A stretch of DNA of 64,000 nucleotides from Candidatus Cloacimonadota bacterium (GTDB lineage: Bacteria > Cloacimonadota > Cloacimonadia > JGIOTU-2), in NCBI GenBank assembly GCA_049903315.1, contig JBNGBT010000012.1, positions 26,556-90,555 of the forward strand, written 5' to 3'. The notes under the pieces are model-generated. The model was not told where the DNA came from and made no database searches. It saw only the letters and a program-made list of their open reading frames with translations. Position numbers and translations under genes: made by a program. Positions 40,415 to 49,859 of this stretch are shown here, piece after piece. The stretch's first letter is position 1. Each line of letters starts with the position of its first letter.

Positions 40415-42694
40415 TTATTTCATGAGTAACATCTTATGAACAGCGTTTTTATCATCTGAGGTGAGTTTATAGAAATAGATGCCGTTCTTTACCGCATTTC
40501 CATACCTGTCTCTACAATCCCACATGACCGAGTAATAGACATTCTTTGTTCCTGAGGAGATAATTTCATCACAATCGATCGATCGCACCAGTTGACCTCG
40601 AATGTTATAGATGTTCAACTCCGTATGTACAGCATTCTGTTCCGGCATGAATCTTATTGTTGTTGTATTCGTTCTCACGGGATTTGGATAATTTTGCAGT
40701 AGGGTAAGTTTGTTGATTACAGGGGTGTCTTTGGTGCTCAACTGAACATTCGCATAACCTTTATGCTCATAATAAAGTGGTTTTACACAAAAAGCTTGTG
40801 TGTCAGCATTCTTATAATCCCCGCAATATATTATAAACTCGAGGTTATTACCTCCGCTTTTCGATACTTCCGGTGTATAGGCAAGGATTTGCACTGGATA
40901 TTCATCGTCATACACTTTCGATGCTCCAAGGCACTCATCATCACAGTATACAGCAACTTCTATAACAGGATCTTCAGAATAAATAGTATCGATATCGATA
41001 GCCATGTAATCGACTGTCTCTGTATAGGTAAAGTATTCGGTTTTTTCCTTGACGTATGCTTCGACGCCTTTACTGCAACTCTCATTCCATACAAGCTGGC
41101 ACAAACTATCGACATAGATGATATATAATTCTCCCGGATTGGCTGTCCAATTCAAACCGGACATTCCTCCCTTGGAGAGATACCAATGTTCCGATCTCAC
41201 AGAAAGCCATTCATCTTCGATCGACTCCAGGGCATCCACTATGTGTATCGGCTCTTCAAGGAAGCAACCGATCCAGTTTGCCTGCTCGGGATACAATTGA
41301 ACTGGTGTACTCGGATCTAGCCATGTGCCTGAGATTCCTTGTGCGGGCATATAGTCACAACTGTCTATGAGCACAAATTTATACCCTTGCTTTGTTTCGA
41401 AATCACCTAAGTCATTTTTCCAATAATCAATATAATAATAAACAACTTGATCATCTTCAAAGAGTACATAATTGAGACTGTCTTCAGTTTGATAATCATC
41501 ATCAATAAGGTATTGCCTTTCAAGTACATCTATTGCATCCATCCATCCTTCGGTTGTTCTGTTCAGTACCGGGAACGAGATCCAGTCTATATTGTCATAT
41601 GAACCATAATCATAATCATCTTTGAAATAGTCATGTTCATTTGCAGGAATAGCTCCCATGTCAGCAGGGGTACCGTCATCATCTTCATACTCTTCATCGG
41701 GGTCACCGGTGTCTATACAAGGACTAAACACTTCTTTATCCCATAGTAACTTAAAATCACCGTTGGGTGCGTCATCGAACAATGGATCATCATCGATATT
41801 ACCCGTTCCGGGATATCCGTCTTCTATACAGGAATAGGTAACAGAAGGTGGTCCAATTATGTTTGAATGTGTATTACCCCATATAATCGAGTTCACTATA
41901 TCTTGATTTTGCCCATATGCAAAACTAACACCTTTATAGTTACCATAAATCGTACAGTTAATTATATCACAGTATCCTGCAATATCATAAATACCATATC
42001 CGCTGTTGCCATCAATATTATCATTAATTACACAATTTCTTATTGTTATTTCATGTCCACCATCTATTGAAATGCCTTTTGATGTGTTATCATTAATATT
42101 ACTATATTCGATTATAAGATCATACGGTGAATATGGATAGTGTTTTATACCAATTGAGTTTTGGTATACGTTGCATTTAGAAATTATAGATGTTGACTCA
42201 TTTTCATCAATATCTGATGTAATTAGAATACCAGTATCATTACCAAATATTTGGCAATTAGATATTTCAATATGATTTTCATTATTATTTACAGCCTTTA
42301 TTCCAATATCCATTCCCGAAATTGAACAATCATAAATTATTGAAGTTCCACTCAATTTATATATTCCATACCCATTCTGGGATGTATTCTCTATAATAAA
42401 ACCATATACATTAGCTCCATAGTAGTTTGTTATATATATAGTTGAATTGCCAGAACTTGTGATAGTCGGATATTGTGTTGCATATTTCATGAGAGTAATA
42501 TTCTTGTTAATTGTTACAACTTCCGTGTAAGTCCCGTATTTTACTTTAACTGAATCACCTGTCGAAGCTGCATTTATACCTGCCTGGATAGTTGTATAAT
42601 CACCACTGCCATTCCAGTCAACAATAATTGTATCAGCTAGTCCAATTGTTGTTATTAACAGCTGGAATGCTGTTATCAAAATTATTTTTTTCAT
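40415..42694 (-). CDS. Secreted beta-helix protein with CTD
   Basis: RBS AGGAG before ATG 42694; GDYTTIQAGI, Asn-rich coils, SPCIDTGDP, DMGA; QNYPNP CTD. Confidence 0.8.
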   Translation of the reverse strand: MKKIILITAFQLLITTIGLADTIIVDWNGSGDYTTIQAGINAASTGDSVKVKYGTYTEVVTINKNITLMKYATQYPTITSSGNSTIYITNYYGANVYGFIIENTSQNGYGIYKLSGTSIIYDCSISGMDIGIKAVNNNENHIEISNCQIFGNDTGILITSDIDENESTSIISKCNVYQNSIGIKHYPYSPYDLIIEYSNINDNTSKGISIDGGHEITIRNCVINDNIDGNSGYGIYDIAGYCDIINCTIYGNYKGVSFAYGQNQDIVNSIIWGNTHSNIIGPPSVTYSCIEDGYPGTGNIDDDPLFDDAPNGDFKLLWDKEVFSPCIDTGDPDEEYEDDDGTPADMGAIPANEHDYFKDDYDYGSYDNIDWISFPVLNRTTEGWMDAIDVLERQYLIDDDYQTEDSLNYVLFEDDQVVYYYIDYWKNDLGDFETKQGYKFVLIDSCDYMPAQGISGTWLDPSTPVQLYPEQANWIGCFLEEPIHIVDALESIEDEWLSVRSEHWYLSKGGMSGLNWTANPGELYIIYVDSLCQLVWNESCSKGVEAYVKEKTEYFTYTETVDYMAIDIDTIYSEDPVIEVAVYCDDECLGASKVYDDEYPVQILAYTPEVSKSGGNNLEFIIYCGDYKNADTQAFCVKPLYYEHKGYANVQLSTKDTPVINKLTLLQNYPNPVRTNTTTIRFMPEQNAVHTELNIYNIRGQLVRSIDCDEIISSGTKNVYYSVMWDCRDRYGNAVKNGIYFYKLTSDDKNAVHKMLLMK

Positions 42695-42795
42695 TTTTCT
42701 CCTTGTTTTCTGTGAATACATTAACTCTTAAAAGAGCAACCCATAATACATATCCCACAACATCATATTCATTCTAATCTTATCCAGTTGAATAC

Positions 42796-43071
42796 TCATA
42801 TTCCTTGCACCCCACTATTCCCGGGAAACGGAATAGTAAGGTAGGAATTAAGGAATTTATTTTTCCCGAGAATTGATAATGTTGTATTTGTGTTGTATTT
42901 TTCATTGTTAAAATATATTTTGTTATAGTAACTTGCATAATATACGTCAGTTACCAAATTCAAATGGGGGGGGGGGGGTAAGTCCTCCCAAAATATTTTT
43001 CCAATTATCTTTTGTTGCCATCATATTTTTTCCTTTGAATAGATTGGTGAGAATTGCAATTTGCTTGTCAA
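42796..43071 (-). promoter_or_regulatory. Leader with TTGACA box, poly-C13 leader ORF and hairpin (copy 1)
   Basis: TTGACA at 43071-43066; RBS AAAGG; ORF MMATKDNWKNILGGLTPPPPFEFGN* at 43024-42947; G13 at 42966-42978; hairpin 42810-42841. Confidence 0.7.
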
Positions 43072-43230
43072 ATTTTTTGCAAAGGAAAATTTAGTATTAA
43101 TAATTCTCTTGCCCAAAAAAAAATAATTTATCCATTTTTTTGTATTAAATGAATATATTTATGCTTCCCTCATTTTTATTGACAACATATCTTCTTGACA
43201 GGGACTTTTCCTTATTTGATAAGGTGAAAT

Positions 43231-43671
43231 ATGAAACGACGAGAAGCAAGAGAAATCGCAGTTCAGATGCTGTACGGACTTTACTTTGAGGAGATACCTG
43301 AAGATCAATCCTCTTTCGGGCACCTTTTGGAACAAAAGTTCAATGAAGCAATATCCGTCAATGAGATTACCTTTACTCTTGACGAAAAGGAATTCTGTAT
43401 CGATCTCGTAAAAAACACATATTTACATCTGCAGGATATTGACGAACTTATAATACAGTTTTCAAAAAAATGGTCATTTGAAAGGATCAATATCATCGAA
43501 AAAAGTATTCTCCGGCTTGCAGTTATGGAAATTGAATATTCTGATATTCCCCAAAAAGTAGCGATCAATGAAGCGGTTGAACTCGCAGAAGATTTCTCGG
43601 GACAAAGATCAAAAAAATTCGTGAACGGCATCCTCGATGCTGTTATGCACAGGGAAAAGAACAATGATTAA
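43231..43671 (+). CDS. nusB: Transcription antitermination factor NusB
   Basis: RREAREIAVQMLY, WSFERI, ILRLA, AINEAVELA, FVNGILD. Confidence 0.95.
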   Translation: MKRREAREIAVQMLYGLYFEEIPEDQSSFGHLLEQKFNEAISVNEITFTLDEKEFCIDLVKNTYLHLQDIDELIIQFSKKWSFERINIIEKSILRLAVMEIEYSDIPQKVAINEAVELAEDFSGQRSKKFVNGILDAVMHREKNND

Positions 43672-44551
43672 TGTAAGTCTTGGCATTTTTGCCTATAATG
43701 AAGAAAAAAATATCGGGCAGCTTCTCAAGGCAGTTGAAGAGCAGGTTTTCAAAACTGTTGAGCTGAAAGAGATAATTGTGGTCTCCAGCGCTTCGAAAGA
43801 CAGAACAGATGAGATCGTGCGCGAATACGAGAAAAAAGACCCGCGCATAAGACTCATTGTACAGGAAGAAAGAAAAGGCAAATCGTCAGCAATCAATCTC
43901 TTTTTGAAAGCTGCAACCGGAGATATTCTCATCATAGAAAGCGCAGATACGATCCCTGCCAAAAATACGATCGAGAAACTCGCATCACCTTATTATGATG
44001 ACACTATCGGCATGACGGGTGGACGCCCCGAACCCATTAATAATCCCAAAAGCTTTATTGGATTTGCTGTGTGCATGATGTGGCGTTTGCATCATAAGAT
44101 GGCAATGATCTCCCCAAAACTTGGAGAGATGGCATCCTTCAGAAATATCGTGAAAGAAATTCCCGAGCACAGCCCGGTTGATGAAGCAAGCATCGAGTCT
44201 ATCATCACGCATAACGGACTGAAACTCAAATACATTCCGGATGCCATCGTGCATAACAAAGGTCCTGAAAATGCATCGGATTTCCTCAAACAGCGCAGGA
44301 GAATTTATACCGGGCATTTGTGGCTGCAGGAAAACCAGGATTATACTGTCGTGTCGCAAAACTCGGGCTTGATAATCGGCTTGACCATGAAGGAATTTTC
44401 CCTCAATCCCATAAAGGATTTGAAGATCATCTATACGATGCTGCTTGAGATATGGGGACGCTTCCTCGGCTGGTATGATTACAAAATATTAAAGAAAGTT
44501 CCCTACAAATGGGAAATCTCTGAATCTACAAAAGATTTGAGCAAGTCATAA
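43664..44551 (+). CDS. Glycosyltransferase family 2
   Basis: AYNEEKNI, SKDRTDEIV, RKGKSSAIN, SAD, QRRR motif. Confidence 0.88.
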   Translation: MINVSLGIFAYNEEKNIGQLLKAVEEQVFKTVELKEIIVVSSASKDRTDEIVREYEKKDPRIRLIVQEERKGKSSAINLFLKAATGDILIIESADTIPAKNTIEKLASPYYDDTIGMTGGRPEPINNPKSFIGFAVCMMWRLHHKMAMISPKLGEMASFRNIVKEIPEHSPVDEASIESIITHNGLKLKYIPDAIVHNKGPENASDFLKQRRRIYTGHLWLQENQDYTVVSQNSGLIIGLTMKEFSLNPIKDLKIIYTMLLEIWGRFLGWYDYKILKKVPYKWEISESTKDLSKS

Positions 44552-44556
44552 ATAAA

Positions 44557-44859
44557 ATGAAAAATAAAAGCAATTTAAGCACAGAAATTGAAAAGCAACT
44601 CATAACTTACCTTGTGAATGCCGGAGCACGAAAGATCGGAGTTTTTGGATCCTATGCTCAAGGTTGTGCTGGTACGTCGAGCGACATTGATCTTCTTGTG
44701 AAATTTGCAGACATTAAAAGCCTGCTTGAACTTGTGAAAATTGAAAGAGAATTAACAGAATTGCTACATATAAAAATAGACCTTCTGACCGAAAATTCTA
44801 TAAGCCCCTTTTTAATTGACAGAATAAAGTCGGAAGAGCAGGTAATTTATGAAAACTAA
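44557..44859 (+). CDS. Minimal nucleotidyltransferase (MNT) antitoxin
   Basis: VFGSYAQG...SDIDLLV (GSx10DxD). Confidence 0.9.
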   Translation: MKNKSNLSTEIEKQLITYLVNAGARKIGVFGSYAQGCAGTSSDIDLLVKFADIKSLLELVKIERELTELLHIKIDLLTENSISPFLIDRIKSEEQVIYEN

Positions 44860-45190
44860 GGATGATTTAGTTTATTTGCAGCACATTTTGGATTCGATCA
44901 AATGGATTGAAAACTATATCTCAGATTTATCTCACGAGCAATTTCTCAATAATCATCTCGTGCAAGACGCAGTAATTAGACAGATTGAAATAATCGGTGA
45001 ATCATCTAAGAAAATACCAGATTCACTTAAACAAAAGTATTTATCAATTCCATGGAAAGACATAGCAGGGCTGAGAGACAAGCTCATACATGGATATTTC
45101 GGAGTAGATATAGAAGCAGTGTGGAAAACAGTGAGTACTGACATCCCATTATTAAAAACACAAATTGATATTATAATTAAAAACCTATGA
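44849..45190 (+). CDS. HEPN/DUF86 RNase toxin (HepT-like)
   Basis: DAVIRQIEIIGE, IPWKDIAGLRDKLIHGYFGVD (Rx4HxY). Confidence 0.92.
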   Translation: MKTKDDLVYLQHILDSIKWIENYISDLSHEQFLNNHLVQDAVIRQIEIIGESSKKIPDSLKQKYLSIPWKDIAGLRDKLIHGYFGVDIEAVWKTVSTDIPLLKTQIDIIIKNL

Positions 45191-46269
45191 AAAGCATAAA
45201 ACTCCTCCTGAAACTTATTTTTCTCCGCCTTTCACGCCAGCTCTATCAGAAGATCATGCTGCCTGTAAACTACACTGTGAGCGTGACCTACCGCTGCAAT
45301 TCCCGTTGCAAAACCTGTAATATTTACAAGATTAAAAGTGACGAACTTACTGTAGATGAATATGATAAAATCTTCCGAACGATCGGCAAAAGCGCTTACT
45401 GGATAACCATCAGCGGCGGTGAACCTTTCCTGAGACCCGATCTTGAAGAGATCATTAATGTCATCTACAAAAGATCTAAACCGAGTATCATCAATATCCC
45501 TACAAACGGACTGCTCTGCAAAGAAATTCCCAAGCGTGTCGAAAGAATAGCTCAAAACTGCCCGAAAAGCAATATCGTGATAAATGTTTCAATAGACGAT
45601 CTTGAGGAACGGGATAATGCAATAAGAGGTGTTTCCGAAGCGTATGAGAAAGCACTGAAAACGTTTGAGGGGATCAAAAAGATAAATATGTGCAATGTGA
45701 ATGTGGGAATTCATACGGTGATCTCGAAGTTCAATGTCGGTCGTTTTCGTGAAATTGCCGGAAGTCTCATGGACCTTCATCCTGACTCCTACATTACTGA
45801 AATCGCCGAGAATAGAGTCGAGCTGGATACGATGAACGAGGACATCACACCCCGTGTCATGGACTATTCACAAGCAATCGATTTTCTGCTCCATAAAATA
45901 AGGAACACTCCATTTAAAGGCATGAATAAGATCACACAAACCTTTCGCATTGAATACTACAAAATGGTAAAAAAGATCCTCAAAGAACAGCATCGTGTGC
46001 TTCCCTGCTATGCCGGAATTCTTTCTGCTCAAATGGTGCCAAATGGCGATGTGTGGCCATGTTGCATTAAATCAATTGTGGTCGGTAACCTCAAAAAGTT
46101 CAACTACAATTTCAAAAAGCTCTGGAAAAAGAGTGCACTTTTAAAGAAGGAACGCACAGCGATCCGCAAAGAAAAATGCTACTGCCCAATGGCAAATGCT
46201 TCTTATACGAATATGCTCATGAGTAATAAAATATTATTTAAAGCAGTGTTGAGACTCCTGAAGAAATGA
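45187..46269 (+). CDS. Radical SAM protein with SPASM/Twitch-type C-terminus
   Basis: CNSRCKTC, SGGEPFLR, CYAG...GDVWPCC...CYC. Confidence 0.9.
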   Translation: MKSIKLLLKLIFLRLSRQLYQKIMLPVNYTVSVTYRCNSRCKTCNIYKIKSDELTVDEYDKIFRTIGKSAYWITISGGEPFLRPDLEEIINVIYKRSKPSIINIPTNGLLCKEIPKRVERIAQNCPKSNIVINVSIDDLEERDNAIRGVSEAYEKALKTFEGIKKINMCNVNVGIHTVISKFNVGRFREIAGSLMDLHPDSYITEIAENRVELDTMNEDITPRVMDYSQAIDFLLHKIRNTPFKGMNKITQTFRIEYYKMVKKILKEQHRVLPCYAGILSAQMVPNGDVWPCCIKSIVVGNLKKFNYNFKKLWKKSALLKKERTAIRKEKCYCPMANASYTNMLMSNKILFKAVLRLLKK

Positions 46270-47639
46270 TCAAAAAACATATCACGATCCAGACAAAATA
46301 TTCCATCAAAGACGGAAATTACATATATACAGATTTTTATGAAAAGTCACAGGAAAAGGTAGCACTCATCCTCAATTCTTATGAGAAAAGCGATAATGCA
46401 GAGAAAGCGATCGGTGTGCTTCTTAATGTATTCAAAGAAAATTTCTATGACAAATCCTATGATGTAAAAACACGATTGCAGAACACTATAAAAGAAATGA
46501 GCTGGCATCTAACTGCTTTCTTCAATCGAGAAAACTGCAAATTTGAAATGTCCGCAGTGATATGCGTTATCAAAAACGGTGTCGCATATTTTGTTCAAAC
46601 AGGTCGGTTGATAATCTACACATACAATGACAAGCTTACACCAGTTGGACTTGATATTCAGAAGAATTTTGAAGAGTCATTTCACATTCCCATACTCGGC
46701 ATAAAGGAAGGCGAGCTCCAGATAAAAGTGCTTACTCTAGAACTAAAACATGACACGAATATTCTCATCCTTCCTTTCCTCTATGCAAAAGAGCTCGACA
46801 CTTCTATTGAAAATGAAAAAGAATTTTTAAAAACCTTTGATAATCTATTCTCGGAAAGTGCAACACCCATAGTACATATAACTGCTGCTGAAATGCATTC
46901 CCATTACAAACCACGCAGGAAATTCCGCATTAATTCCAAAACAACTGGACGTTTCATGCTCATTGTAATTATCGTTGCAACCGCATATGTCGTATTCGGG
47001 CGCAAATGGGGACAGGGAATTCTGAGCAGCGGTAAGGAATTCATAAGTGAGAAGAAGAAAAGTTTGATCGACTATAGGTCGCTTTTACAGAATATGCCCT
47101 ATCCCGGTTTCGAGGTGAAAGAGTGGCAGTGGATCAGCCCGGTTGAGATCACCATGCCCCCTTTCTTCGATGCTGAAAATATTTATATCATCACTGGTAC
47201 TGAACTGACATGTGTAAAGAAGAATACTTTCCAGCTAAGATGGAAGGTCGCATTTGATGGTGAAATCAAAAATGTTGAATCACTCCGCGACGAGAAACTC
47301 CTCATTATAGATGGACGCGGAAATCACTCTCTGCTTGACAAAGCTCACGGAAAGATCGAATGGCAAAAAGCCAAACCCGCGACTCATGAGAAATTTTATA
47401 AACAGTCCCCGCAAGTGATTCCTATCGACTACATACGCGATGGACGGCTCGAGCAGAATTATTATATCCTATCAAATAAAAATGCGGTGAAACTCATCAT
47501 CGCAGGAAAAGGCGATGTGATCGCAGAGGAAACGTTCGATAGCAAGATAGACTATATGTCCGATTACGATTATGTAGAAAAATGTTTTTATGTGTGTATG
47601 GATAGGAAAATCATAAAAGTTGATCTTATAATTCTATAA
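46266..47639 (+). CDS. Hypothetical membrane protein (PP2C-like N-terminus possible; beta-propeller-like C-terminus)
   Basis: One central TM helix; W-containing repeats (LRWKV, GKIEWQ) suggest a PQQ-like propeller. Confidence 0.4.
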   Translation: MIKKHITIQTKYSIKDGNYIYTDFYEKSQEKVALILNSYEKSDNAEKAIGVLLNVFKENFYDKSYDVKTRLQNTIKEMSWHLTAFFNRENCKFEMSAVICVIKNGVAYFVQTGRLIIYTYNDKLTPVGLDIQKNFEESFHIPILGIKEGELQIKVLTLELKHDTNILILPFLYAKELDTSIENEKEFLKTFDNLFSESATPIVHITAAEMHSHYKPRRKFRINSKTTGRFMLIVIIVATAYVVFGRKWGQGILSSGKEFISEKKKSLIDYRSLLQNMPYPGFEVKEWQWISPVEITMPPFFDAENIYIITGTELTCVKKNTFQLRWKVAFDGEIKNVESLRDEKLLIIDGRGNHSLLDKAHGKIEWQKAKPATHEKFYKQSPQVIPIDYIRDGRLEQNYYILSNKNAVKLIIAGKGDVIAEETFDSKIDYMSDYDYVEKCFYVCMDRKIIKVDLIIL

Positions 47640-47729
47640 AATGCAAAAAAAATATTATTGGCTTCCTTCTTATGAACAGATTGTAAAACTGGTCAGGACA
47701 AATATATTTTAAAGGATAATAAGTAATAA

Positions 47730-48650
47730 ATGTCAAAAAAAACAAACGTACGAAATAATATTACCGAATATAATCAAAAAGTTTTTAAAGAATTCAAAAG
47801 CACTTTGAAACACATCATTTTTGATGAAACTTTAACCCTCTATATTCTAAGACCTATCGCATTCATCTTTGTGAAATTGATCTACAAAACACGCATTACA
47901 CCGAACCAGGTTTCATTGATGACTATTATTACAGGCGTGATAAGTGGATTTATTTTTTCAAAAGGGACAGCAACATGCTTTATCATTGCGGGTGGATTAC
48001 ACTTCTTCTGCCTCGTGCTGGATTGTGTGGACGGAATGATCGCACGCTTGAAAAACAGTGGATCGGCAGTCGGGCGTATCATAGACGGATTTGCTGATTA
48101 TTCTGTTGGAGTAGCAGTCTTTATCGGGTATGGCCTCGGTTTAGCTAATGCGGGTTATCAGGTGCCTTTTTCGATTTCCATATCTCACTGGACACTCCTT
48201 GCAATATCGGCTGTGAGCTGGATATTTCATTCTATGATCGTTGATTATTATCGTGTGGAATTCATGGCACATGGTCTCGGTATGATAAAATCTACATGGG
48301 AAGCGAAGAAGCACTTCAAAGAAGAGTTGCGCACTATCAAACATGAAAAAGGCAAACTTCTTGATAAAGTTATGATCGCACTCTATCTGGGATATTCGCA
48401 TCTTCAACTCTTCCGATTAGGCAAACAAGAAGTTTATGACCAGAAAACTTATTACGAAAAAAATAAAGTTTTAATACATCTCTGGTTCTGGATAGGTCCC
48501 ACAGCACAGGCATTCGTGATGATCCTTTCTGCAATTTTGTTCAGACCCATAATTTTCTTCTGCTACATGATCATCATCGCAAATATCTGGATGATCGTTT
48601 TGTGGATAATCCAGACGAAGGTGAATAAGAAAATCCTTATTAAAAGTTAA
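47730..48650 (+). CDS. CDP-alcohol phosphatidyltransferase
   Basis: ITPNQVS; DCVDGMIAR...GRIIDGFAD signature. Confidence 0.9.
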   Translation: MSKKTNVRNNITEYNQKVFKEFKSTLKHIIFDETLTLYILRPIAFIFVKLIYKTRITPNQVSLMTIITGVISGFIFSKGTATCFIIAGGLHFFCLVLDCVDGMIARLKNSGSAVGRIIDGFADYSVGVAVFIGYGLGLANAGYQVPFSISISHWTLLAISAVSWIFHSMIVDYYRVEFMAHGLGMIKSTWEAKKHFKEELRTIKHEKGKLLDKVMIALYLGYSHLQLFRLGKQEVYDQKTYYEKNKVLIHLWFWIGPTAQAFVMILSAILFRPIIFFCYMIIIANIWMIVLWIIQTKVNKKILIKS

Positions 48651-48674
48651 ATTGATTCATAAATAGGAGACAGT

Positions 48675-49859
48675 ATGGCAAAGATCGCATCTGCTGGTAA
48701 TTACGGACCGAAGATCCGCTCCGATTGCATGGTGACAATAGAACTCACTGATAGTGGTGGAGTATGCATTGACTTCATCAGTAAGGTGAAGGATTTCTTT
48801 GGTGATCATATTATTGCACTTGCTCAGGATGAGATGAAATTTTTCGGCATAAAGAACTCCAGGATGAAAATCGAAGATCGGGGAGCGTTGGATTTTGTTA
48901 TCACCGCTCGCATCGAAGCTGCTTTGAAAAGAGCAGACAATACAATTACAAAATCTTATTTACCCGAAATGAGAAAGCACTGTTTGTATAAATCTGCAAA
49001 AGATGCTTTAAGACGTTCGCGTCTCTATCTTCCGGGAGAATCACCAAAACTGATGCTGAATGCCGGTCTGCATGGAGCTGATGCGATAATACTTGATATG
49101 GAGGATTCTGTTCATCCTGACGAAAAGGATTCAGCCAGAATTCTTGTGCGAAATGCACTCAGAACAATCGATTTCAAGGGTGCGGAAAGAATGGTGCGCA
49201 TCAACCAGCTTCCTCTTGGTTTTGAAGATATAAAAGAGGTCATAAACGAAAATGTTCATGTCGTACTCATCCCAAAATGCGAATCAAAACAGCAGGTGAT
49301 AGACGTCGATACCTATATTAAACAGTTGAAAAAAGGCAAAAAACCCGTGTTTCTTATGCCAATAATCGAATCAGCAAAAGGTGTGATGCATGCCTATGAA
49401 ATCGCTTTGGCAAGCAAAAATGTTATTGCCCTTACGCTGGGACTTGAAGACTATACCGCTGATATTGGTGTGACCCGTTCAAAGAGTGAAGATGAATGTT
49501 TCTTTGCAAAAAGTATGGTGATCAATGCGGCAAAAGCTGCAGGTGTACAGGCGATTGATACAGTATTTTCCGACGTGAATGATATGGTCGGGCTCTATGA
49601 AAATGTGAAGCAGGCAAAGGCATTGGGATTTGACGGAAAAGGATGTATTCATCCACGTCAGATACAGGTCATCCATGAAGCATTTCTACCCACACAGGAA
49701 GAGTTAGAAAAAGCGCAGCACATTGTCGAAGCATATACTACTGCCAAGAAAGAAGGCAAAGGAGTGGTATCTCTTGGGAGCAAGATGATCGATGCTCCGG
49801 TCGTCAAACAAGCGCAACAAGTTCTCAAATTGGCAAAGATCGGAGGTATGATCAAATGA
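48675..49859 (+). CDS. citE: Citrate lyase acyl-carrier (CitD-like) plus beta subunit fusion
   Basis: N-terminal AGN...RSDC...DRGALDFVITARIEAA (ACP); RRSRLYLPG, DMEDSV, VRIN, GLEDY, GKGCIHPRQ, MIDAP. Confidence 0.88.
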   Translation: MAKIASAGNYGPKIRSDCMVTIELTDSGGVCIDFISKVKDFFGDHIIALAQDEMKFFGIKNSRMKIEDRGALDFVITARIEAALKRADNTITKSYLPEMRKHCLYKSAKDALRRSRLYLPGESPKLMLNAGLHGADAIILDMEDSVHPDEKDSARILVRNALRTIDFKGAERMVRINQLPLGFEDIKEVINENVHVVLIPKCESKQQVIDVDTYIKQLKKGKKPVFLMPIIESAKGVMHAYEIALASKNVIALTLGLEDYTADIGVTRSKSEDECFFAKSMVINAAKAAGVQAIDTVFSDVNDMVGLYENVKQAKALGFDGKGCIHPRQIQVIHEAFLPTQEELEKAQHIVEAYTTAKKEGKGVVSLGSKMIDAPVVKQAQQVLKLAKIGGMIK

